From contig JAGBIM010000026.1 in assembly GCA_017934975.1 (NCBI GenBank), positions 32,457 to 96,456 of the forward strand: a DNA stretch of 64,000 bases. Direction: 5' to 3'. Position 1 is the first letter of the stretch, and every line of letters starts with the position of its first letter. The notes under the pieces are model-generated. The model was not told the origin of the DNA, ran no database searches, and saw only the letters and a program-made list of their open reading frames with translations. Below, one piece after another: positions 10,707 through 20,367 of this stretch. The DNA comes from Clostridia bacterium (lineage in GTDB: Bacteria; Bacillota; Clostridia; Oscillospirales; UBA644). A program made the position numbers and the translations under genes.

Positions 10707-12003
10707 CCGCATTGCGCGGGACACCGTCGCAGAGGAGGAGCTGGAAGCCTGTTGCACGGGGCTGATTCTCGCCGTTTCGGGCGGGGCAGACTCCATGGCC
10801 ATGCTCCGCTGGTACGCATCCCGCACCCTCCCGTTCCCCCTTACCGTGGCCCACGTCCATCACGGTCTGCGTGCCGCATCCGACGAGGAAGAAGCGTTGG
10901 TCCGACAGATCTGCGAAGCCTATCGCATCCCCTGTCACGTTTTTCACACCCGCGTGCGAAAGGAGAAACGGAAGGACGAAACCGAGGAATCGGCGGCGCG
11001 CCGTCTGCGGTATGAGTTTTTCCGCGAACTGGCAAAAACCCAAAAGGCCTCCCATATCGCCACCGCCCACACGGCGGACGATCAGGCCGAAACGGTGCTG
11101 CTGCATCTGATCCACGGAGCGGGACCGAAAGGCCTTTGCGGAATTCTTCCCAAACGGGAAGAAGAGGGGTTGACCCTCATCCGCCCGCTGATCCGTTGTA
11201 CGGCGGAAGAAACCCGCAATTATTGCGCGGAACAAGGCGTGCCCTACGCCACCGACGAATCCAACGAAGATCTGCGATATACCAGAAATCGGATCCGTCA
11301 TCGGATCCTGCCCGAACTGCGCAGGATCAACCCCAAGGTAACGGAAGCGCTGAACCGCACCGCGTCGGCCCTGCAAAAGCAACAGCAGGCGGCGGAAAAG
11401 CGGGCGGCGGATTTCCTGAAATCCTATTCTCACGCACTTCCCCTCTCCGCTCTGCGGGAGCTGACGGAGGCGGATCGGACGGAGGTTCTGCGGCAATGGT
11501 TTGCCTCCTTCGGAAAGATCCTTTCCGCCGAGCAGACCAAGCAAGCCCTGCATCTTTTGCAAAAACAGGAAGGCACCGTGGAATTTGACCGCCGCTGGAT
11601 CTTGCACGCAGGGCAGAATCGCCTGTCTCTGCAAGAAAAAGAAGCCGCCGCGAAGACGTCCTTTTTCTCCGTGGAAGAAGAACGGTTCCTTCTGCCCGAC
11701 GGGCGGATATTGCGGCTGATTCCCACCGTAGCCACGGAACGGAATCGGGACGCGCTGATTCCGAAAACCCTACCCCTGACCCTTCGCACCCGCAAAAACG
11801 GCGACAAGATCGCCACCCGCGCGGGAACCCGTCCCCTTGCCAAGCACATGATGGAACGGAAGATCCCCGCCGAAAAGCGGAACGGCCTCTGGCTTTTGAC
11901 CCGAGGCGAAGAGATCCTTTGGTGCGAAGGACTCCCCCTTCCTTTGAAAACTGCTCCGAAACCGGGCGAAGAAGCATATTTCGTCTCCCTTTCGGCAGAA
12001 TAA
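10696..12003 (+). CDS. tilS: tRNA(Ile)-lysidine synthase
   Basis: PP-loop SGGADSMAML, HVHHGLR, TAHTADDQAETVL. Overlaps the dnaB 3-prime end by 11 nt. Confidence 0.9.
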   Translation: MPLDRIARDTVAEEELEACCTGLILAVSGGADSMAMLRWYASRTLPFPLTVAHVHHGLRAASDEEEALVRQICEAYRIPCHVFHTRVRKEKRKDETEESAARRLRYEFFRELAKTQKASHIATAHTADDQAETVLLHLIHGAGPKGLCGILPKREEEGLTLIRPLIRCTAEETRNYCAEQGVPYATDESNEDLRYTRNRIRHRILPELRRINPKVTEALNRTASALQKQQQAAEKRAADFLKSYSHALPLSALRELTEADRTEVLRQWFASFGKILSAEQTKQALHLLQKQEGTVEFDRRWILHAGQNRLSLQEKEAAAKTSFFSVEEERFLLPDGRILRLIPTVATERNRDALIPKTLPLTLRTRKNGDKIATRAGTRPLAKHMMERKIPAEKRNGLWLLTRGEEILWCEGLPLPLKTAPKPGEEAYFVSLSAE

Positions 12004-12054
12004 AATAAGAAAACATACACGGCATCCCTGCCAAAAAACCTTAGGAGGCCCATT

Positions 12055-14067
12055 TTGAGAAACAACAACCGCATCCGACCTTTTATTACGTGGGGGATTC
12101 TGATCCTGATCTGCGTGCTTGCCACCTCGCTGATCTCCGGACTGTCCAACCCCGAAAAAGTCACCTATTCCGATATCGTGAATTATTTCAAGCAGGAGCA
12201 GGTGACGGAATTTAAAATCGTCGGCAACGAACTGACCTACAAGCTGAAGCCCGAAGGAGATCTTCCCGCAGAAGAGAAAACCTTCGTCCTTTACAGTACC
12301 GCCCGTTTTCTGGATCAGGTGGATCCTTATATTACCTCGGCCCAGGAAAAGGGAATTCTCCCCTCTTACGACATTCAGCAGGCGTCCTCCCTGCCTCTTT
12401 GGGTCACCTATATCCCCTACGTCCTTCTGATCGGGGCGGTGCTCTTCTTCGGCTGGATCATGCTCAAGCAGATGTCGGGCGGCGGCAAGGGCGGGGCCAT
12501 GAGCTTCGGCCGTGCCAAGCTGCGCCTTGCGGACACGGAAAAATCCAAGATCACCTTCTCGGACGTGGCAGGAGCCGACGAAGAGAAGGAAGAGCTGCAG
12601 GAAATCGTGGAATTTTTGAAAAATCCCAAGAAATATACCTCCCTCGGGGCACGCATTCCCCGCGGCGTTCTGATGGTGGGCCCTCCGGGAACCGGTAAAA
12701 CCTATATGGCAAAGGCCACCGCAGGAGAAGCGGGCGTTCCCTTCTTCAGCATCTCCGGCTCCGACTTCGTAGAGCTGTACGTGGGTGTGGGTGCGTCCCG
12801 CGTCCGCGACACCTTTGAGCAGGCCAAGAAAAACGCACCCTGTATCGTCTTTATCGACGAAATCGACGCGGTGGGCCGTCAAAGAGGTGCAGGTCTCGGC
12901 GGCGGAAACGACGAACGGGAGCAGACCCTCAACCAGTTGCTGGTGGAAATGGACGGCTTCGAGCAGAACGAAGGGGTCATCGTCATGGCAGCCACCAACC
13001 GTCCCGACGTTCTGGACAGTGCGTTGCTGCGTCCCGGTCGCTTTGACCGTCAGATCGTCATTCACCTGCCCGACGTGAAGGCGCGGGAAGAGATTCTCCG
13101 CATTCACGCCCGCAAAAAGCCCATGGATAAAAAGGTCAACTTTGAAGACGTGGCCAAGGCCACCTCGGGATTTGCTCCCGCAGAGCTGGAAAACGTCCTT
13201 AACGAGGCGGCCCTCCTTGCCGCCCGCGGAAACCGCAAGGTGATCACCATGAACGAGATCACCGACGCCATTATGAAGGTGGAGCTGGGCGTGGAAAAGA
13301 AATCCCGCCTGATCACCGACAAGGAAAAGGAACTGACCGCCTATCACGAAGCGGGTCACGCCATCGTCACCGTAGTGGCAGACGGAAACAGCAAGGTCAA
13401 CGAAATTTCCATCATCCCCCGCGGCATGGCGGGAGGCTACACCTCTTACCTGCCCGTGGAAAACAAGAGCTATATGTCCAAGGGTGAAATGCTGGATCGC
13501 ATCATCCATTGCATGGGCGGTCGCGCGGCGGAAGAGCTGTGCCTCAACGACATCTCCACGGGAGCTGCAGGCGATATTCAGCAGGCCACGGAAATGGCCC
13601 GTCAGATGGTCATGCGGTACGGCATGTCCGAAAAACTCGGTCCAATCCTCTTTGGCACGGGTCGGGAGGAGGTCTTCCTGGGACGGGACTTTACCGCGGA
13701 ATCCAAGACCTATTCCGAAAAGGTTGCCGCCACCATTGACGAAGAAATCAAGCGCATCATCGACGAGCAGTACGAACGGGCCAAGAAGATCCTGCAGGAG
13801 CATCTGGATCAGCTGCACGTCATTGCAAAACAGTTGATTCTCCACGAAAAGATCACGGGCGAACAGTTCCGCGCCCTGCTGGAGGGCACCGATCCCGCGG
13901 AGGTTTTCCCCGAATCGGAAACCCAAAAACCCGAAGAAAAGCAGGACGAAACGCCCGCAGAGCAGGCGGAAGAAAGATCCGAAGCCGCTGCAGAACCGGT
14001 TGCGGAAGAAAAACCCGAGGCAGAAGAGCCCGCCGCACCCGAAGGAACGAAAACCAACGAAGAATAA
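12055..14067 (+). CDS. ftsH: ATP-dependent zinc metalloprotease FtsH
   Basis: TTG start, Walker [12 protein letters not shown] region, Zn site HEAGHA, acidic low-complexity C-terminal tail. Confidence 0.97.
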   Translation: MRNNNRIRPFITWGILILICVLATSLISGLSNPEKVTYSDIVNYFKQEQVTEFKIVGNELTYKLKPEGDLPAEEKTFVLYSTARFLDQVDPYITSAQEKGILPSYDIQQASSLPLWVTYIPYVLLIGAVLFFGWIMLKQMSGGGKGGAMSFGRAKLRLADTEKSKITFSDVAGADEEKEELQEIVEFLKNPKKYTSLGARIPRGVLMVGPPGTGKTYMAKATAGEAGVPFFSISGSDFVELYVGVGASRVRDTFEQAKKNAPCIVFIDEIDAVGRQRGAGLGGGNDEREQTLNQLLVEMDGFEQNEGVIVMAATNRPDVLDSALLRPGRFDRQIVIHLPDVKAREEILRIHARKKPMDKKVNFEDVAKATSGFAPAELENVLNEAALLAARGNRKVITMNEITDAIMKVELGVEKKSRLITDKEKELTAYHEAGHAIVTVVADGNSKVNEISIIPRGMAGGYTSYLPVENKSYMSKGEMLDRIIHCMGGRAAEELCLNDISTGAAGDIQQATEMARQMVMRYGMSEKLGPILFGTGREEVFLGRDFTAESKTYSEKVAATIDEEIKRIIDEQYERAKKILQEHLDQLHVIAKQLILHEKITGEQFRALLEGTDPAEVFPESETQKPEEKQDETPAEQAEERSEAAAEPVAEEKPEAEEPAAPEGTKTNEE

Positions 14068-14086
14068 TTCAAAAAAGGAGGTCGCC

Positions 14087-14902
14087 ATGGAATCCATCCG
14101 AGCACGTTTTGAGGCCCGCGGGCTTTCCGTGGCTTCCGTCCCCTTTTCCCACGTGGCAAACAAGCCGATTGACGGGGCAAAAACGGTTTTGATTACCGCC
14201 CTTCCCTACTTTTTCCCCCAAAAAGAGGGATACAACCTGGCCCGCTTTGCCGCATTGCCCGACTATCACGTGTATTTCGGAGGAATTCTGAAGGAGATTT
14301 GCGCCGAATTGCAGGCGCTTTATCCCGAACGGCTCTTCCTCCCCTACACGGACAACTCCCCCATTGACGAACAAAAGGCGGCGCTGGAAAGCGGTCTTGC
14401 CATTCGGGGGAAAAACCATCTCTGCATCACCAAGCAAGGCTCCTTCGTGTTTTTGGGAGAGATCATCACCGATCTGGAGATCTCTCTGAAAGAAACGCCC
14501 CCCAAGAACCTTTGTGAAAACTGCAATCTCTGCCAAAAGGCCTGCCCCAACGGAGCCTTGACCGAAAAGGGCTTTGCATACGAAAGATGCCTTGCTTACA
14601 TCACCCAGAAAAAGGGCGACTTGACCGAAGGAGAACGGACTGCCTTAAAAAAGCACCGCATCGCCTGGGGGTGCGACAAATGCGGGGAAGCCTGTCCCCA
14701 CAATCGGGATTTACCCACGGCGGCCATTGCCCTGCCGCCCAACACGGTTTTCGATCGGATCCGCAAGGAAGATTTTGCAGAATTATCCGACCGTCAGTTC
14801 CGTGAAAAATACGCACAACGAGCCTTTGCATGGCGGGGAAAAGCCACCATGCTGCGCAATCTGACCGTATTGGAGGAATCGGATTATGGCAAAGAGAAGT
14901 AA
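14087..14902 (+). CDS. queG: Epoxyqueuosine reductase-like 4Fe-4S protein (QueG family)
   Basis: ORF trimmed to ATG 14087 (RBS aaaggagg). Ferredoxin-type clusters CENCNLCQKACP and CDKCGEACPHN. The N-terminal region is DUF1730-like. Confidence 0.7.
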   Translation: MESIRARFEARGLSVASVPFSHVANKPIDGAKTVLITALPYFFPQKEGYNLARFAALPDYHVYFGGILKEICAELQALYPERLFLPYTDNSPIDEQKAALESGLAIRGKNHLCITKQGSFVFLGEIITDLEISLKETPPKNLCENCNLCQKACPNGALTEKGFAYERCLAYITQKKGDLTEGERTALKKHRIAWGCDKCGEACPHNRDLPTAAIALPPNTVFDRIRKEDFAELSDRQFREKYAQRAFAWRGKATMLRNLTVLEESDYGKEK

Positions 14903-15845
14903 AAAGAAAAATTCCGCCTCGGCAGGAGGATTCCTGTTCGGCATCATTCTGATCGGCGTTTTGGCCGTCACGGCGATTGCTCTCCTCAAAAACAGCGAGA
15001 GTGAAGATCCCGTCCCCGATGGAAGCGACGTAGTACATAACACCCAAACCGCCTCTTCCACGGAAACGGGGACCGACGAAACCGATCAAAAAACCACGGA
15101 TCAAATCTCCTCGGCGACACAATCCTCCTCGGATTCCAAAACCGACAAGGTCACCGACACGGATTCGGCAACGTCCTCCTCGAAAAACACGGGGACGTCC
15201 TCGACCCCCCCCACCGACAACACGCGGGAGGAATACGTGTCGAAAAACGACACGGCGTCCTTTGCGAAGGATCAATGGTATATGTTGCTGGCAAATCCCG
15301 ACAACCCCGTCCCCGAAGGCTATACCTTTGAGCAGGCAAAAATCAAGTCTGCAGGTCGGGATTGGATCGTAGACGCCCGTTGCGCTGAAGATCTGAAGGC
15401 CATGATCGCCGCTGCAAAGGCCGACGGAGTGAGCCTGATTCTCTGCTCCGCCTACCGCACCATCGAACGGCAAACCACGAACTTCAATAACAAGATGCAA
15501 GAGTACATCAACAAAGGAAAAACCGAGGAAGAGGCTCGGGCAATCACCGCTACCATCATCGCCGTCCCCGGCACCTCAGAGCATCATACGGGCATGGCGG
15601 TGGATATCGTCACCCCCTCTTACCAGAGCCTGAATGCAGGCTTTGACAAAACCGCGGCCTACAAATGGCTGGAAGCCAACTGCGCGGAATTCGGCTTCGT
15701 CCTGCGGTATCGGGAGGACAAGCAGCACATTACCAAAATCATCTACGAGCCCTGGCATTACCGCTACGTGGGCAAACAAGCCGCCACCATTATGATGGAA
15801 GAAAAGATTTCCTTCGAAGAATTTTTGGACAAATACGGAGCCTGA
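14886..15845 (+). CDS. D-alanyl-D-alanine carboxypeptidase, VanY/M15B family, membrane anchored
   Basis: N-terminal TM, S/T-rich linker, SAYRTIERQ, SEHHTGMAVDI, EPWHYRYVG. Confidence 0.8.
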   Translation: MAKRSKKKNSASAGGFLFGIILIGVLAVTAIALLKNSESEDPVPDGSDVVHNTQTASSTETGTDETDQKTTDQISSATQSSSDSKTDKVTDTDSATSSSKNTGTSSTPPTDNTREEYVSKNDTASFAKDQWYMLLANPDNPVPEGYTFEQAKIKSAGRDWIVDARCAEDLKAMIAAAKADGVSLILCSAYRTIERQTTNFNNKMQEYINKGKTEEEARAITATIIAVPGTSEHHTGMAVDIVTPSYQSLNAGFDKTAAYKWLEANCAEFGFVLRYREDKQHITKIIYEPWHYRYVGKQAATIMMEEKISFEEFLDKYGA

Positions 15846-15848
15846 TCT

Positions 15849-16433
15849 ATGCCAAAACCCGAAAAGCAGTTTGAACGGGATTTTTACCGCCTCATGGATC
15901 CCTATCCCGTCCTGGAAACGCCCCGTCTGCGGTTGCGCCGTGTTTTTCGTGCCGACGCCGCGGATCTTTTCGAAGCCACGTCGGACCCCTACGTAACCCG
16001 ATACGAGCCCTGGGGCCCCTACACCATGGAAGAAACGGTGCAAATGGTGGAAAATATTCAGGAGCAACTGGAATCGGGGCTCTGTTGCGAATGGGCCGTG
16101 GAGCGGAAGGACGACGCCAAGGTCCTGGGCTTGATCCACTTGAATAAAATTGACTTTTTCCACCGTTCCGCAGAAATCGGATACTGGTTCTCCCGCAAAA
16201 GCTGGGGATTTGGATACGCCACGGAATGCGTCCGCGCTCTGACGGAATACGCCATCAACACCCTTCGCATGGACGAAATCATTGCCGTCTGCCACCCCGA
16301 CAACCCCGCGTCGATCCGCGTACTGGAAAAGGCGGGAATGAAGTTTCAGCAAATCCTGCCCGCCTACATCTCTCTGCGGGGAAACACGGCCGACTGCAAG
16401 CAATACCATATCACCCGTTGGGACATGATGTGA
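15849..16433 (+). CDS. GNAT family N-acetyltransferase (RimJ/RimL-like)
   Basis: LRLRRVFRADAADLFE..., GYWFSRKSWGFGYATE, NPASIRVLEKAGM. Confidence 0.75.
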   Translation: MPKPEKQFERDFYRLMDPYPVLETPRLRLRRVFRADAADLFEATSDPYVTRYEPWGPYTMEETVQMVENIQEQLESGLCCEWAVERKDDAKVLGLIHLNKIDFFHRSAEIGYWFSRKSWGFGYATECVRALTEYAINTLRMDEIIAVCHPDNPASIRVLEKAGMKFQQILPAYISLRGNTADCKQYHITRWDMM

Positions 16434-16623
16434 AACGGGATTTCCATAATATTTCCGAATTTCCGTCAAGGTGAACCCGATAAAATGGGATACAATAAAA
16501 GCACGGAAGGATTTCGGAAAACAAACCTTCTTACGAGAAGGGTCGCCTCACAAGCGCGTTTTCCCCTGTGCGGCGACCGCTTCCGACGACTTTGATCTTA
16601 TTCCAAAAGGAGCATAGATACTT

Positions 16624-17967
16624 ATGGAAGAACAAAACCTGCCTCGTGAAGACGAAATTCTCCACGAACCCATTCCCGCAGAAGAGCCTGCCGCAATCCC
16701 CGAGGAGCCGCCCGTCGCGGAAGAAATCCCCGCAGAGCAGCCCGTTACCGATTCGGAGGAGTCTCTCCCTGCCGAGACGGAAGAACCGACGCCTCCGGAC
16801 CGAGTTCTCCTCTGCAACAAGGAACAGGAAGGACGGATCCGAGATCTGACGACGGACGTGACCCGTCTGACGAAACAAATGCGGAAGCTGAATCGGAAAC
16901 TCAACGTCCGTTGGGTGATTCTCTCCATCCTGCTGATCATCTCCCTTGCGGCGAACGCCTTCGCTCTTTGGCGGCTGAACGGTCTTACGGGGGGAAATCT
17001 GCTTCCCGAAGCCAGCATTCCCCAGAGCTACACCCCCTCCTACAATTACCGTGACCAGGTTCCCGCAGACGACCTGCTGACCACCCAGGAGATTATCCGC
17101 AAGCTCAACCCCTCCGTTGTGACGGTTTCCACCACCATGGCGGTGCAGGGACAGACCACGGGTGCCATCGGAACGGGAATCATCTTTACCGATAACGGAT
17201 ATATTCTCACCAACGCGCACGTGGTGGAAAGTGCCGTGGAAATTACCGTCACCGACATGGACGGGAAGGAACATGCCGCCACGCTGGTGGGTGCCGATTC
17301 GGAAACCGATACTGCGGTTCTGAAGATCGAGGGCACAAACCTCCCCGCCGCCGAATTCGGAAAAGCCTCCGAAGCGGTCCCCGGAGATCGGGTGGTGGCC
17401 ATCGGAACCCCCTACGCGGAAGAACTCCACAACACCGCCACGGAAGGCATCGTTTCCGCCCATCGGGACGACGTAACCTTCTCCAGCCTGGGCGGCACGG
17501 TGGATCTGATCCAGCACGACGCCTCCATCAACCCCGGAAATTCCGGCGGTCCTCTGGTGAACGCCTACGGACAGATCATCGGCATCAACACCCTGAAGAT
17601 CTTCGGCGATTACGATAATCTGGGCTTTGCCATTTCCATTGACAGCATTCTCCCCATTGCGGAACAGTTAATGACCGAAGGGAAAATCGTCCGTCCCGGC
17701 ATCGGCATCACGGGATACACCTATCAGACCGCAGACCTTTCGGGCGCTTACGTGGAGTCCGTGGTCAAGAACGGACCTGCAGACAAGGCGGGCATCAAGC
17801 GGGGCGACGTGATTATCAAAGCCGGCGACGTTCCCATTTCCACCATTGACGAGCTGAAGACCGAGATCCGCAAAAACAAGATCGGCGACAGTATCACCCT
17901 CACTTATATGCGGGGCGACACGGTCCACACCACCGTCATGGTTCTGGAAGAGCTTAAAGTAGACTAA
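16624..17967 (+). CDS. htrA: HtrA/DegP-type trypsin-like serine protease with PDZ domain
   Basis: Acidic N-terminal region, one TM, catalytic triad context (TNAHVV, DTAVLKI, GNSGGPLVN), C-terminal PDZ (GIKRGDVIIKAGD). Confidence 0.85.
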   Translation: MEEQNLPREDEILHEPIPAEEPAAIPEEPPVAEEIPAEQPVTDSEESLPAETEEPTPPDRVLLCNKEQEGRIRDLTTDVTRLTKQMRKLNRKLNVRWVILSILLIISLAANAFALWRLNGLTGGNLLPEASIPQSYTPSYNYRDQVPADDLLTTQEIIRKLNPSVVTVSTTMAVQGQTTGAIGTGIIFTDNGYILTNAHVVESAVEITVTDMDGKEHAATLVGADSETDTAVLKIEGTNLPAAEFGKASEAVPGDRVVAIGTPYAEELHNTATEGIVSAHRDDVTFSSLGGTVDLIQHDASINPGNSGGPLVNAYGQIIGINTLKIFGDYDNLGFAISIDSILPIAEQLMTEGKIVRPGIGITGYTYQTADLSGAYVESVVKNGPADKAGIKRGDVIIKAGDVPISTIDELKTEIRKNKIGDSITLTYMRGDTVHTTVMVLEELKVD

Positions 17968-17980
17968 TGCAATCATGCAA

Positions 17981-18013
17981 AAAGAAGAGTGCAGACGCGC
18001 TCTTCTTTTTGTA
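17981..18013 (+). terminator. Intrinsic terminator after htrA
   Basis: aagaagagtgc-agac-gcgctcttctt followed by tttg. Confidence 0.7.
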
Positions 18014-18132
18014 TACGAAAAACCACAGGATCGTCGCAAGGTTCAACAGAGGCTATTACCAACGAATGGAACTCCAAAGCAAAAAAGAGTTTTGGGCAGA
18101 ATCGGTTATGGGATAAGAATCTTTGCGGCAGT

Positions 18133-18181
18133 CAATCCCTTCCACCGCTTCGCGGTCCCCCTCCCCTTACTAAGGGGAGGC
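18133..18181 (+). repeat. Dispersed intergenic repeat, copy B
   Basis: caatcccttccaccgcttcgcggtccccctccccttactaaggggaggc differs from copy A (167-215) at only a few positions. Confidence 0.7.
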
Positions 18182-18227
18182 AATCAACGCGCATCGCACT
18201 TCGGGAAGGCGCATCGAAAAAGACAAA

Positions 18228-18268
18228 AAATCCCCGCCGCAAGGATTTGCGGCGGATTCGCTTTTTTC
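18228..18268. terminator. Bidirectional intrinsic terminator
   Basis: aaaaaatccccgccgcaa-ggat-ttgcggcggatt-cgctttttt, with A/T runs on both sides. Confidence 0.7.
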
Positions 18269-18274
18269 TTTTTG

Positions 18275-18310
18275 GGTCTTTTTCTTTTTTCTCGAAAAAA
18301 GAAAAAGACC
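18275..18310. repeat. Perfect 16-bp-arm palindrome made almost entirely of homopurine/homopyrimidine runs
   Basis: ggtctttttctttttt-ctcg-aaaaaagaaaaagacc, 8 nt downstream of the M20 gene stop. Confidence 0.8.
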
Positions 18311-18318
18311 TCCTCTCG

Positions 18319-19479
18319 TCACGTCCCCAACGCAAGAGATGCAAAGGCCGCCATGCCGTAGAGAATACATTCCTCGTCAAACACCACCTTGGGATGGTGA
18401 AGGGGAAAGCCGCCTCCGCCCCCTGCGGAAAGGGCCATCATCACAGAAGGAACCCTGCGGCTGATAACCGCAAAATCCTCCGACCCCGCCGTACCACGGT
18501 CCGCAGACGGGGGAACGGCGAAAAAACGATCCCCCAAAAGAGACGAAAGTCGATCAAAAGCCCTTTGTCGCAAGGCCCCGTCGTTGCATAACGACGGACA
18601 ACCCGAGGAAAAATTTACCCTCGTTTTCGTCCCGTGGGCAAGACCGACTCCATCCGAAACGGCACGAATCCGTTCTTGCAGGGTTTTGCGCAGGCCTTCG
18701 CCGTAACACCGCACGGTCCCTTTCAAAAAAGCCCTGTTGGGAAGAACGTTATGGCTTTCACCCCCCTGAAAAGATCCCACCGTCAAAACCGCCCGTTCCG
18801 ACGAAGGAATTTCCCGTGCGGGTAAATGCTCCAGCGTCAGCAGAATTCGGGCGGCCGCCGCAAGGGGATCGATTCCCGACGCGGGATCCGCTCCGTGACA
18901 CCCCTTTCCCTGCACCTCAATTTCGAAGAAGTCCGCCGAGGGAGCCGTCACCCCCGCGGGAGGCAGAATCACCGTCCCCACGGGAAGATCGCTTCCCACC
19001 GTCACGTGGAACATATAGGCCTCGGTCATTCCCTCACACACGCCCGCGTTTACCGCGTCCAAGGCCCCCTCCAAAGTTTCCTCTGCGGGCTGAAACAGGA
19101 GCCGCAAAGGGCGGGAGAGGGACGCTTCCCGTTCTTTTAAAAAGGGAACCAGCCCCAGCAGAATCGCCGTGTGCAGATCGTGACCGCAGGCGTGCATCCT
19201 TCCGTTACGGGAAGCAAAAGAAAGCCCGCTTTCTTCCGTCCCGGCAAGGGCGTCGCAATCTGCCCGAAGGAGGATCCCGTCTCCCGTTTTCGGACCGAAA
19301 TTTACGGCAAGAGCCCCTCTTCCAAGGGAAGAAAAGCCCACGCCCCACCCGGTCAGCTCCCGCCGAATCAGCCCCATGGTTTCGGGGAGATGAAAGCCCA
19401 ACTCGGGGCAGGCGTGAAGCCGTCGCCGCAACGCAACGGCGGCAGACGCAAAAGATTGAAGTTCGGACAACAAATTCAT
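18319..19479 (-). CDS. M20D-family amidohydrolase (N-acyl-amino-acid/hippurate hydrolase-like)
   Basis: ORF trimmed to ATG 19479 (RBS gaggtg). LRRRLHACPELGF, MHACGHDLH, FQPAEE. Confidence 0.8.
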   Translation of the reverse strand: MNLLSELQSFASAAVALRRRLHACPELGFHLPETMGLIRRELTGWGVGFSSLGRGALAVNFGPKTGDGILLRADCDALAGTEESGLSFASRNGRMHACGHDLHTAILLGLVPFLKEREASLSRPLRLLFQPAEETLEGALDAVNAGVCEGMTEAYMFHVTVGSDLPVGTVILPPAGVTAPSADFFEIEVQGKGCHGADPASGIDPLAAAARILLTLEHLPAREIPSSERAVLTVGSFQGGESHNVLPNRAFLKGTVRCYGEGLRKTLQERIRAVSDGVGLAHGTKTRVNFSSGCPSLCNDGALRQRAFDRLSSLLGDRFFAVPPSADRGTAGSEDFAVISRRVPSVMMALSAGGGGGFPLHHPKVVFDEECILYGMAAFASLALGT

Positions 19480-19548
19480 GAAAAACACCTCGGTTACAGT
19501 ATTCCCTTTTGGGCAAAAAAATTTCCCGTTTTTCAACGGGAATTTTTC

Positions 19549-20211
19549 TTATTGTAAATGCTTGTAGATCTTCTGCATTTTTCGGTCGATGCGGGCCAGA
19601 TCTTCGGCGCACTCCCGCAGTTGATCCTTCCATTCGCAGGAAATTTCCTTCCCCGCCTTGTAGTGCATCTGATGCTCCAGGCTGGCCCAAAAATCCATGG
19701 CCTCCGTGCGAATCTGCACCTCCACGGGAACCAACTCCGTGCGGTCGGAAAGATACACGGGAATCTGCACCACCAGATGCAGGGAACGATAGCCGTTTTT
19801 CTTGGGCTGCTCGATGTAATCGGAGCGGCGAAGCAGGGTCACGTCATCCTGCAATAAAAGCAATTCCGCAATCCGGTAAACGTCCTCGATATAGCAGCAG
19901 ATCACGCGGATTCCCGCAATGTCGGTCAGATTCTGACGGGCGGATTCCACACTGATCTCCGCATCGCGGCGATTTAATTTTTCCACGATGGAACGGGGAG
20001 ACTTGAGACGGGACTCAATATGGTGGATGGGGTTATGATCGTAGCGGCATTGAAACTCTTCGTCCAGAATCTGCAGTTTCGTGGTTACCTCCCGAATGGC
20101 GGCGTTATACACGTGCTGCATCTGCACGTAGCCGTCCAGACGGCGCATCATATCGTCATCCTTCAACAAATGCTCCGTATAAACACTGATGGGACTGTCC
20201 TTTGGATGCAT
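19549..20211 (-). CDS. relQ: Small alarmone synthetase (RelQ/RelP-type GTP pyrophosphokinase)
   Basis: ESRLKSPRSIVEKL, IAGIRVICCYIEDVY, GYRSLHLVV, EVQIRTEAMDFWASLEH; 220 aa. Followed by its own terminator at 19500-19545. Confidence 0.85.
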   Translation of the reverse strand: MHPKDSPISVYTEHLLKDDDMMRRLDGYVQMQHVYNAAIREVTTKLQILDEEFQCRYDHNPIHHIESRLKSPRSIVEKLNRRDAEISVESARQNLTDIAGIRVICCYIEDVYRIAELLLLQDDVTLLRRSDYIEQPKKNGYRSLHLVVQIPVYLSDRTELVPVEVQIRTEAMDFWASLEHQMHYKAGKEISCEWKDQLRECAEDLARIDRKMQKIYKHLQ

Positions 20212-20367
20212 AATCTCCTCCCCTTTCCGACGGTTGTTTTCCTATTTATATTGTATCATATTCTTTCCCTAAAGTCAAGGTGCGGCATACTTTTCCCAAA
20301 TTTCCTTCGGAAAGGTGCCGAAATTTTTCAAAAAAGGAAGAGATCCGAAAATCCCTTCCTTTTTATT

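Noticed and set aside
12055-14067. The absence of hpt between tilS and ftsH (the usual Firmicutes order is tilS-hpt-ftsH) as a sign of rearrangement or a mobile event.
   Set aside because: hpt is intact elsewhere in the window (45430-45987). There are no repeats or scars at the tilS-ftsH junction. This is probably lineage-specific gene order and of little interest.
17975-18591. ORFs of 128 and 200 aa in the htrA/M20 intergenic region, and others antisense to the M20 gene.
   Set aside because: They are built from the dispersed repeat, two terminators and the A/T palindrome, then continue antisense into the M20 gene. The translations are basic and low-complexity.
19549-20211. Small alarmone synthetase as a toxSAS toxin-antitoxin module.
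   Set aside because: The sequence follows canonical RelQ/RelP housekeeping motifs. It has its own terminator, and there is no small adjacent antitoxin-like ORF; the neighbour is an M20 amidohydrolase.
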